A DNA stretch of 15,634 bases from an uncultured archaeon. Its GTDB lineage: Archaea > Thermoproteota > EX4484-205 > JAAOZP01. The position numbers and the translations under genes were made by a program. Shown piece by piece: positions 8,071-15,634 of this stretch. The stretch is taken from contig CALIBN010000045.1 of NCBI GenBank assembly GCA_938045545.1, positions 1-15,634 on the forward strand. Reading direction: 5' to 3'. Position 1 is the stretch's first letter. Each line of letters begins with the position of its first letter. Under the pieces are notes generated by a model, which did no database searches, was not told the DNA's origin, and was given only the letters and a program-made list of their open reading frames with translations.

Positions 8071-8942
8071 TGAGCCTCAGGCTGGAAGACTTCTCCACGT
8101 ATGCGCGGAACACATGGTGCCCCGGGTGTGGAAACTTCGGCATTGAGAGGGCTGCTAAACTCGCGTTCGCCGAACTGGTGAACGAGGGAAAGATTAGGAG
8201 GGAGAACATAGTGATGGTGACAGGCATAGGCTGCCATGGGAAGATCGCGGACTACATCAATGTTAATTCGTTCTATTCTCTGCATGGCAGAGCGATAGCG
8301 CCGGCGGTTGGCATTAAGCTGGCGAACCCGATGCTTGAAGTCTTAGCGTTTGTAGGAGACGGGGACGCCCTAGGGGAGGGCTTGGAGCACACCGTGTTTG
8401 CCGCTAAGAGAAATGTTGACATGACTGTTATTGTTCACGATAACAGGGTATATGCTTTGACCACTGGCCAGTTTACACCAACTTCTCCGAAAGGGTTTAG
8501 GGGAGGCTCGACGCCGAGAGGAGCCCCTGAGGAGCCTTTAAACCCGATTGAGCTGATGCTTGTCAGCGGGGCAACGTTCGTAGCCAGAGCATACAGTGTA
8601 AACCTGAACCATACGAAGGAACTGGTTAAGCAGGCAATATTGCACAGGGGCTTCGCTTTCATAGATGTGCTTCAGCCCTGCTACACTTTCTTCGACACGT
8701 ATAAGTACTACGGGCCTAGGGTTTACGATCTTCAGAAGGAGGGTCATGATTACGCTGACTGGGATGCGGCCATGGCTAGAGCGAGGGAGTGGAACTATGG
8801 CGGTGAAGAGGTGGAGAGAATCCCTATCGGGATATTCTTTAAAGCTGATAGACCTACTTACGAGGAGATTGTACTGGCTGGGAGGAACCTGCGCGACGCA
8901 TCCGTGCCAAAAATCAGTGGAATCCTGCTACGCCATACTTAG
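8070..8942 (+). CDS. korB: 2-oxoacid:ferredoxin oxidoreductase beta subunit (TPP-binding)
   Basis: TWCPGCGNFGI, GIGCHG, GDGD...DNRVYALTTGQ and DVLQPC motifs. TGATG stop/start overlap with GGAGGTGA upstream. Confidence 0.95.
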   Translation: MSLRLEDFSTYARNTWCPGCGNFGIERAAKLAFAELVNEGKIRRENIVMVTGIGCHGKIADYINVNSFYSLHGRAIAPAVGIKLANPMLEVLAFVGDGDALGEGLEHTVFAAKRNVDMTVIVHDNRVYALTTGQFTPTSPKGFRGGSTPRGAPEEPLNPIELMLVSGATFVARAYSVNLNHTKELVKQAILHRGFAFIDVLQPCYTFFDTYKYYGPRVYDLQKEGHDYADWDAAMARAREWNYGGEEVERIPIGIFFKADRPTYEEIVLAGRNLRDASVPKISGILLRHT

Positions 8943-8966
8943 TATTCATTAAACGGTCTTAAAACA

Positions 8967-10088
8967 TTAACTCGGGAACCTGCCCATAATCTCATCGAGA
9001 TCTATTCTTCTCTTCATGAAGTATTCGACATTACCTATGCTCGCATATTGCGGACCGAAGATTAACATTGCTTTTCCCTCTCCAAGCGAAAGCAGCACTT
9101 TCGGGAAATCAACCGGGTAGTCTATTTTATGAGTGGTTCCCGGCTCTTCGCCTTTAAGTATGGAGCTTATGTTTTTCGCGACTGTTACTGCCTGTCCCAA
9201 GGCCTCAGCCGCCATTTTCTGAGCAACGCTCCCGCTAATGCTGACATAAGCAACGTCGCCCATTGCGAAAGCATCGCTTCTCCCCTTGATCAGAAGCCTC
9301 TGGTCAACTTCAACATATCCGTCACGTAGGCTTGCACCACGTATTTTAGACGCGAGGTCTGAAGCCTTCACGCCACCAGACCATATTGTGAGGTCGGATT
9401 CAAGCTCATCGCCGTCTTCAAGTATAACTCTGTCTTCAGCGACCTGCTCGACTCCTCTTCCTGTTACGATGCGTATGCCTCTTGAGGCTAGAGCCTCCGT
9501 AGCCATCCTCCTGGCAAGCTGGTTTCCGAAGCCGGGTAGGACATGCTCCATCTTCTCGACCACGGTTATCTCCACCTCCTTTTTTAAAGAGCTGAAGAAA
9601 TCCTTAATCTCAGCGGCCACCTCTAGGCCAACGTATCCTGCTCCAACCACTATGATGCTCGGATGGTCTGAGGCTAGCTGTTTCAACTTGTGGTTTATAT
9701 TTTCGAAATCTGAAATCCTGTAGCCGGTGACCGCCGAGCCGGCGCCTTTAACGTTGTAAAAATTGGGAGCAGAGCCGGCGGCAACAACCAGTACGTCATA
9801 GTTTCTTTGACTGTTCTCCAGCCTAACTATCTTCTCGTCTAGGTTTACTTCTTTAACCTTGGCGACGGTAAGGTCGAAATCCCAATAGCTTGAAAGAAGT
9901 TTAAGATCGTATCTGAGAGCCTCAGGCCTCAGTTTTTCACTTATAACCTCAGTACCGGCTATCGTGTTCTCGAAGAAAGGGGAGGCAGATATTAGTTCAA
10001 CCTGCATGTTGCGGATGCCTCTCAGTACCAGCTGCCTTATGACTTCAGTGCCAGCGTAGCCTCCGCCGATAATTATTAACCGTTTCAC
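8967..10088 (-). CDS. NAD(P)/FAD-dependent oxidoreductase, type II NADH dehydrogenase-like
   Basis: Two Rossmann motifs (IIGGGYAG, VVGAGYVGLEVAAE), IWSGGV and AFAMGD. The start is probably GTG 10088, because TTTTATAA overlaps the ORF-track ATG (10112) and lies about 24 nt upstream of the GTG. Confidence 0.88.
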   Translation of the reverse strand: MKRLIIIGGGYAGTEVIRQLVLRGIRNMQVELISASPFFENTIAGTEVISEKLRPEALRYDLKLLSSYWDFDLTVAKVKEVNLDEKIVRLENSQRNYDVLVVAAGSAPNFYNVKGAGSAVTGYRISDFENINHKLKQLASDHPSIIVVGAGYVGLEVAAEIKDFFSSLKKEVEITVVEKMEHVLPGFGNQLARRMATEALASRGIRIVTGRGVEQVAEDRVILEDGDELESDLTIWSGGVKASDLASKIRGASLRDGYVEVDQRLLIKGRSDAFAMGDVAYVSISGSVAQKMAAEALGQAVTVAKNISSILKGEEPGTTHKIDYPVDFPKVLLSLGEGKAMLIFGPQYASIGNVEYFMKRRIDLDEIMGRFPS

Positions 10089-10349
10089 AGTTTTATTTTT
10101 CCACAGCGTCATTATAAAAGCGTTTAACGAAAAATGCGGTGCATAGTTTTCAGGTTGGAGCGTCAGGCTGGGAGAAGTCTTAGAAGAAACAGAATGCAGG
10201 CGTTAAAATCGACGCTCAAATCTGCCGAGCATGGGCTTGCGCGCCAGGGAGGCTTAGCTTTTCTTTTAAACAGGTAACGCCCCCAATTTTGGTTATCACC
10301 GTCTTTTAACCTCCTATTTCGGTAAAGTTTACCGTGGCGCGTGGATTAG

Positions 10350-11044
10350 CTAGCTTAGTATAAAGTCTGCTGCTGCTTTAGCGTGGATTTCCGTCGTGTT
10401 GAACAGGGGGATGGCTGCGTCCTCCTGTTTAACTAGGATCGGGATCTCGGTGCACCCTAGGATAACCCCCTCGGCGCCTCTTGCAGCAAGCCTTCTAATG
10501 ATTCTTACAGTTTCCCTCTTGGAGGATTGTTTCGCTATCCCCTTGCAAAGCTCGCTGTAGATGATTCCGTGGATTTTTTTTCACGGTCGGTTTCCCCAGG
10601 TATTATTGCGTCGATGCCGTGTTTCTCCTTCAGCCTCCTCCTGTAGAATCCGTCCTCCATCGTGAACCTGGTTCCAAGCAGGGCCACCTTCTTCAAGCCT
10701 TTCCTCTTGATTTCGAAGGCTGTCGCGTCGACAATGTGGATCAGGGGGATTTTCAAGCTTTCTTGAACTTCTTCAGCCACCTTGTGCATCGTGTTTGAAC
10801 ATATGACTATCCCGTCGGCACCCGTTTCCTGGAGTTTCAGCGCTATGCTGGTCATCAGCTCTGCGAGCTGCCTCCATTTCCCCGCGTGCTGAAGCTTCTC
10901 AACCTTTTCAAAGTCAACGGAGTAAAGTATGCATTCCGCGGAGTGTAATCCTCCCGCTCTTTCCTTAACGTGTTCGTTTATGATTCTGTAGTATTCCAGT
11001 GAGGAGTCCCAGCTCATCCCGCCGATAAGCCCTATTGTTTTCAT
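10350..11044 (-). pseudogene. Aspartate/glutamate racemase family protein (YgeA/RacX-like), frameshifted at an A8 run
   Basis: MKTIGLIGGMSWDSSLEYYRIIN, ICSNTMH and LLGTRFTME lie in the first frame. After the A8 run (10574-10581) the -1 frame gives IHGIIYSELCKG...GVILGCTEIPILV...FNTTEIHAKAAADFILS*. Confidence 0.92.
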
Positions 11045-11165
11045 CGCCAATTCTTTGTTTTTCAGGCTTAAATCTTTTACCGAGTGTCTTAAGGCGCGCG
11101 CTAAAAATGAGGACGATACCAGTTGCTGAGGAAACTGTTTTATTTAGGAGCATACTGGTCTCCGC

Positions 11166-12563
11166 ATGCTTAGAAGCATGCTGAGTAAACGTGAGGTCGA
11201 CGAGGTTCACGGAGCCGCCCTACAGGTTTTGCAGGATGTTGGAGTAATGTTTGAAAGCGGTGAGGCGCTTCAGATTCTGAAGGCTAACGGGGCTGAGGTC
11301 AGGGGGAGTGTCGCGCATATTCCTGAGGAGTTGGTGAAGGATTGTTTGAAGAAGACTCCTTCCTCCGTCAGCCTCTACGATCTGGATGGGAGGTTGAGCT
11401 GCAGGCTTGAGGATGATAATGTTTACTTCAACCCCGGTTCAACGGCAAGCTGGTATATCGACGAGAATGGGGTGCGAAGAAGGCCTTTTTACCGGGATAT
11501 GGTAAGGTTTTCCCAGGTTGTTGAGAAACTGCCTTTCCTCCACATGCAGAGCACAGCCCTTGTGGTTCAGGATGTTGAAGAGGATCTGCGCGCCGTCTCA
11601 AGGCTCCAGGCTGTTTTAGAGTGTTCAAAGAAGCCTGTTGTTACGGGTGTTTTCAAGGAGGATGATTTCGAGAAGATGATGAAGCTCCTCTCAAGGTTTA
11701 CCGATTCAGGCAAGCCGGTTGCGATTTTCGACGCGTGTCCGAATAGCCCTCTGCGATGGAGCAGACATTTGAGCCACAGCATAGTTGAGTGCGCGAGGAA
11801 CAATATTCCTTCGACAATCATATCCATGCCTATGCCCTTCGTCTGCTCTCCCCCGACTCTCGCCGGAAGCCTCGTCCAGCATCATGCTGAAAACCTCAGC
11901 GGGATCGTGCTGGCTGAGTGCGCCTCGCCCGGGGCCAAGGTCATCTATGGGGGTTCTCCTTCTCTGCTGGGTAAGACTCCTTTAATGAGCCACCCCGGGG
12001 TTTTGAAGCTCATCCTAGCCTACAACCAGGTTGGTAAATACTTCGGGATTCCGACTCACGCCTACCTCGGCGTGTCCGACTCCCTGATGGTTGACGAGAG
12101 GGCTTTCGTCGAGTCAGCCTACTGTTTAACAGTTGGGAGGGAGGCTGGTGTAAACGTGGTTTCAGGGCCGGGGATGCTTGAGGGCGAGAAGACGCAGAGC
12201 ATTCTTAAGCTGGTTTTAGACAGCCTTATCTGCGAAAACTCTTTCACCAGGGGGTTGCCGTTGGTAAACATGGTTCTTGAAATAGTGGAGTCGAGTGATG
12301 TTTACTCTTACCGTTCCACGCTGGAGAATGGGATCGAGGTGGACGAGGATACTCTTTGCCTCAGGCTGATTAAGGAGGTTGGCCCAGGCGGGAGTTATTT
12401 AAAGCCAAATTACATTAAAGAATACTGTAAGACTTTCAGCAGAGAGTTCTCAAGGCCCTCTATTGGAGACTTTCAGCGAGAATCTTTTAGAGAATTGTTC
12501 GAAAAAGTAAGGAAGGAAGCATCGTCATTTCTTACAGAAGCCTTAGAAGCCATTAACTTTTAA
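11166..12563 (+). CDS. mttB: Trimethylamine:corrinoid methyltransferase (MttB) superfamily, non-pyrrolysine member
   Basis: EVHGAALQVLQDVGV, SPLRW, PPTLAGSLVQHHAENLSGIVL, PGAKVIYG, GIPTHAYLGVSDS and GIEVDEDTL...EVGPGGSYL motifs. No in-frame amber codon. Confidence 0.92.
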   Translation: MLRSMLSKREVDEVHGAALQVLQDVGVMFESGEALQILKANGAEVRGSVAHIPEELVKDCLKKTPSSVSLYDLDGRLSCRLEDDNVYFNPGSTASWYIDENGVRRRPFYRDMVRFSQVVEKLPFLHMQSTALVVQDVEEDLRAVSRLQAVLECSKKPVVTGVFKEDDFEKMMKLLSRFTDSGKPVAIFDACPNSPLRWSRHLSHSIVECARNNIPSTIISMPMPFVCSPPTLAGSLVQHHAENLSGIVLAECASPGAKVIYGGSPSLLGKTPLMSHPGVLKLILAYNQVGKYFGIPTHAYLGVSDSLMVDERAFVESAYCLTVGREAGVNVVSGPGMLEGEKTQSILKLVLDSLICENSFTRGLPLVNMVLEIVESSDVYSYRSTLENGIEVDEDTLCLRLIKEVGPGGSYLKPNYIKEYCKTFSREFSRPSIGDFQRESFRELFEKVRKEASSFLTEALEAINF

Positions 12564-12695
12564 ACATGGAAGGAAAGAGGGTTCAAGAGGCGTTATAAAA
12601 ACAAGCATCAATATTCTCCGATGTTTTGGAGTGTTACACTAGGTGGCTAAACGAATGATGGATAAGTTTATTTGTCCTTTCTTTTTTCTAAAGAC

Positions 12696-14303
12696 ATGGG
12701 GAATCGAGGCAATAGTGTTGATAATCGCGCTGCTTCAGACCTGCCTGTCTATAATGTGAAAAGCTTCGGTGCAACTGGGAAAAAGGACGACAACGCTCAA
12801 AAAGCAATACAGAAGGCCATTGATGCGTGTGCCGCAACCAACGGGGGATTGGTGTATTTTCCTCCGGGAGATTACCCTTCAGGAAAAATATGTCTCCGGA
12901 GAAATGTCCGGCTTCATCTTGAGGCCGGATCCAGGCTGTATGCGTTGAAAGAAGAGGTTAAAATCGGAGATGAATCGGAACTCAAGAACGCTTTGATATT
13001 CGGAGAGCATTTGGAGAACGTAACGATAGAGGGTTGCGGTACTCTCGATGGGCAAGCAGAGTATGTCTGGCGTTTGGATGATTTTGAAGATGACTTCATC
13101 AGACCAAACAAGGAGCTTATGCTCTCTCTTGGAAAACCCGTCTTACGCTCCTTTCCCAAAGATATGTACGGCAGGAAGAAACTCATCCTTTTGCTCAACT
13201 GCAAAAACGTTAGGATCTCAGGCATATCTTTAGTAAACTCTCCCTCCTGGACGCTTAATCTTTACGGGTGTGAACGAACGGTTATCGACAGCGTTTACAT
13301 ATACAGTAGCCTTAAAGAAGGTGTTTGGGCTGACGGAATCGATGCTGACGGTTGCAAGGATTTGCGAATCGCAAACTGTACGGTTGAGACTGGTGACGAT
13401 GCCCTCGCATTTTATTCGATGAACTGGTTTGGTCCTGCCCTTCCGTGCGAGAACATCACCGTGACGAACTGTCGGTTGACTTCAGCTTCTAGCGCAATAA
13501 AATTTTGCGATGGCAACATGAACTGCATACGCAACGTAACTATCGATAACTGTGTTGTAGTAGGGGCAAACAGGGGCATAGCCTTCATGAACTTTGACGG
13601 AGGCTATGTGAGCGACGTAGTTCTATCAAACTTAGTGGTGGATTGCACGAGGCATGACTGGTTCTGGTGGGGCGACGGCGACCCGATACATTTCAACATT
13701 AAGCGGAGGAGTGAAATCCACAAGAGCGTAAAGCCAGGCACTGATGCCCCAGCAGGAATAATCCGTCGAGTCCATATTAAGAACGTGATAGCCAGAGGCA
13801 AGGGTTCTAGCATCTGCAATGGACATCCTGACAGTTGGCTTGAAGATGTAACCATTGAAAACCTGAAGCTCTACATATCCTCAGATCCGAAGGCACCCTA
13901 TGAGAAAGCCGTCCACTGTCTTCAGTTTCAGTGGGCAAAGAATTTGAAGCTGAAGGACGTGGAGGTTTTCTGGTGTGAACCAGAATCGTCGACTTGGGAA
14001 AGCGCACTCTTCCTAAAGAACATAAAGGATCTTGTGCTCGAGAGTTTTAAAGGCCGCCAAGCAAAGCTGGGCTTTGAAGCCCCTGCGGTCAGGCTGGAAC
14101 AAGTCGAAGGTGCCGTGATTCGCGGTTGCGTAGCACCTGAGGGGACAACAACCTTCCTGCAAATCAGTGGAGACAAAACAAAAGATATCCTGCTCATAGG
14201 AAATGATTTTCATCATGCTAAAGCACCTTATAAGCTTGAAGAGAACGTTGAAAAAGACTCCGTCCGCGAGGCCTTCAACGTATGTGGGATAGCAGGGCAG
14301 TGA
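12696..14303 (+). CDS. GH28-like (pectin-lyase-fold beta-helix) glycoside hydrolase, apparently without a signal peptide
   Basis: YNVKSFGATG, AIQKAIDAC, VYFPPGDY, GTLDGQ, NSPSWT, ADGIDAD and TGDDAL motifs. ATG 12696 is preferred over TTG 12672 because it lies about 23 nt after TTTATTT. Confidence 0.88.
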   Translation: MGNRGNSVDNRAASDLPVYNVKSFGATGKKDDNAQKAIQKAIDACAATNGGLVYFPPGDYPSGKICLRRNVRLHLEAGSRLYALKEEVKIGDESELKNALIFGEHLENVTIEGCGTLDGQAEYVWRLDDFEDDFIRPNKELMLSLGKPVLRSFPKDMYGRKKLILLLNCKNVRISGISLVNSPSWTLNLYGCERTVIDSVYIYSSLKEGVWADGIDADGCKDLRIANCTVETGDDALAFYSMNWFGPALPCENITVTNCRLTSASSAIKFCDGNMNCIRNVTIDNCVVVGANRGIAFMNFDGGYVSDVVLSNLVVDCTRHDWFWWGDGDPIHFNIKRRSEIHKSVKPGTDAPAGIIRRVHIKNVIARGKGSSICNGHPDSWLEDVTIENLKLYISSDPKAPYEKAVHCLQFQWAKNLKLKDVEVFWCEPESSTWESALFLKNIKDLVLESFKGRQAKLGFEAPAVRLEQVEGAVIRGCVAPEGTTTFLQISGDKTKDILLIGNDFHHAKAPYKLEENVEKDSVREAFNVCGIAGQ

Positions 14304-14461
14304 AACACCGTGGAGCAGGAGCTTAACAGAGAGTTCTCAATGCCCTCTGCCAAGTTTTCAGCGTGAACCGTTGAAGGAACCATTCGAGGAGGCAGCCCCT
14401 TTTCTCGCCGGAGTCTTGAAGAGTCCCTGACCAGGGATCAAGCCGGATCAGCTGAACGTGT

Positions 14462-14525
14462 GGAGACCGTTTTCGAAAGGCGATGGAGAAACGTTTCTCC
14501 CTGCACGTGGGAGAAACCTTTCTAT
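14462..14525. repeat. Perfect 16-bp palindrome with two degenerate neighbouring copies
   Basis: GGAGAAACGTTTCTCC (14485-14500), GGAGAAACCTTTCTAT (14510-14525, 13/16 identical) and GGAGACCGTTTTCG (starting at 14462). Confidence 0.7.
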
Positions 14526-14536
14526 CCTTAGGCTGC

Positions 14537-14928
14537 ATGTTTAGCTTAGAATTGGGGCGGGTCAGGTTTCTCTGTTTCTCAACGTTTTATTTCCTGCTGT
14601 TTCTTGTTAACATTCTGGTTTTCGTGCTTAACAGGTATGCTGGACGGCGGAGGCAGCGTATTATGCTCAACACCCTTCCGAGGCTTTGTTTTTCGAGCTT
14701 GGCCGGAACCCTGTCCTCATTCTGGGCTTGCTGCAGATGCTGGCCTACTCTTTCATCCTAGGTTTCGCGACTGAGCAGGTTTACGTTTTTCCCCAGAAGC
14801 TTTTCCGTTTACGTGCGCAGCGGGAGAAGGGTAAGCATTCTTTCGGGAGGCGGGTCATTCTTAAGGCTTGTTGCTGGATGTGGCGTAGACTATGGTTCTC
14901 GATCCTCGAGGGGTTATGTGTGTTTTAA
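14537..14928 (+). pseudogene. Possible small two-TM membrane protein split by a frameshift near 14640
   Basis: Hydrophobic FLCFSTFYFLLFLVNILVFVL lies in one frame and WTAEAAYYAQHPSEALFFELGRNPVLILGLLQMLAYSFILGFA in the overlapping frame. No family recognised. Confidence 0.3.
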
Positions 14929-15018
14929 GCTCGCCGTAGACTGGCTGCTTCAAAACTCGGGAAATACGGGATAGCTTTAAATACGCGACAAGGCGTAGAG
15001 AAGTGGGAGGCGGGATTA

Positions 15019-15489
15019 TTGTCCGGGTACCGTTACAGTAGGCCGGTTCTCCTAGAGATGGCTATTGCAGCAGAAGAATCGGCTAAAACCTTCTACTCTA
15101 GCTTAAGCCGGAGGTTCCCTGAGCACTCTGCTTTTTTCAACCAGCTTGCTGGAGACGAGGAGCAGCATGCTAAGACGTATAGGAAGCTCTTATCAGGCGG
15201 GGAGACCTATGCCTCTGAAGAGGAGCGCACGCTGGCGGACCGCTATATTCAAGCTTTAGAGACTTCCGGTTTAGTCAGCAGCCTTAGGAGAGGGGGTGAA
15301 AGAGCGGGGGAAGCTGCGGATTTAAAGACGGCTATGCAGGCTGCTATCCATATGGAGAAAGACACGGTGCTTCTATACCATTCGATAGCGATGGCCGCTG
15401 GCAAGGAAGACAGGCTGGAAATATACAGGATAATAGACGTGGAACTGGGCCACTTGGCTAAAATCGAAAGTCTTCTCAAGACTGTTTGA
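15019..15489 (+). CDS. Ferritin-like di-iron protein (rubrerythrin domain without a rubredoxin domain)
   Basis: Two E...ExxH modules: AIAAEE...FY...DEEQH and AIHMEKD...LY...VELGH. GGAGG at 15006-15010 and TTTAAATA at 14976-14983. Confidence 0.9.
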   Translation: MSGYRYSRPVLLEMAIAAEESAKTFYSSLSRRFPEHSAFFNQLAGDEEQHAKTYRKLLSGGETYASEEERTLADRYIQALETSGLVSSLRRGGERAGEAADLKTAMQAAIHMEKDTVLLYHSIAMAAGKEDRLEIYRIIDVELGHLAKIESLLKTV

Positions 15490-15634
15490 AGCAAGTATTT
15501 TTAAACGAGTTTTTCAAGCATCTTGGGCAGTGTGGATGCTTCCTTAACTATGGTTTCTCCGTAGACGGGAATGGTTCGCCCACGGTGTTTCAAACCATTT
15601 AAATCTCGTCACAGTCCGGGACACGCGGCTGCTC

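Noticed and set aside
11166-12563. Pyrrolysine recoding, or evidence of methanogenesis, from mttB
   Set aside because: There is no in-frame TAG and the aligned residue is Val. Non-Pyl MttB homologues are common in non-methanogens.
6430-14216. Numerous 60-145 aa antisense or alternate-frame ORFs in the ORF track
   Set aside because: They overlap well-supported genes and have no motifs, so they are shadow ORFs. The same applies to 48-245, 1561-1761, 2139-2363, 3691-4065 and 15249-15494.
14310-14480. Minus-strand fragment VPSTVHAENLAEGIENSLL resembling an alpha/beta-hydrolase C-terminus
   Set aside because: Too short and too weak to support without a database search.
15497-15634. Minus-strand frame AAACPGL*RDLNGLKHRG...LEKLV* with an in-frame TGA, a possible selenocysteine
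   Set aside because: It is truncated by the window edge, shows no recognisable selenoprotein motif or SECIS, and the coding frame cannot be established.

Overview
Archaeal genomic DNA, judged from BRE/TATA promoters about 24 nt upstream of apparently leaderless starts plus GGAGG sites inside operons. The gene content is compatible with an anaerobic TACK-type archaeon such as Bathyarchaeia or Brockarchaeota (inference). The left ~6 kb is an accessory stress/toxin-antitoxin island: the 3' part of an ABC-2 permease, eroded DNA, a COG1373 AAA+/DUF4143 ATPase, an RHH-PIN (VapBC) pair, and a winged-HTH-MNT fusion plus HEPN pair in which both genes are frameshifted. Each of these three modules has its own palindrome over the promoter. 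Two small genes missed by the ORF track follow: a Cys/His-rich microprotein and a rubredoxin. The right part is metabolic: 2-oxoacid:ferredoxin oxidoreductase alpha/beta, an NDH-2-like flavoprotein, a frameshifted Asp/Glu racemase divergent from a non-pyrrolysine MttB-family methyltransferase, a GH28-like glycosidase and a ferritin/rubrerythrin-like protein. I saw no rRNA, tRNA, CRISPR array, integrase or transposase.
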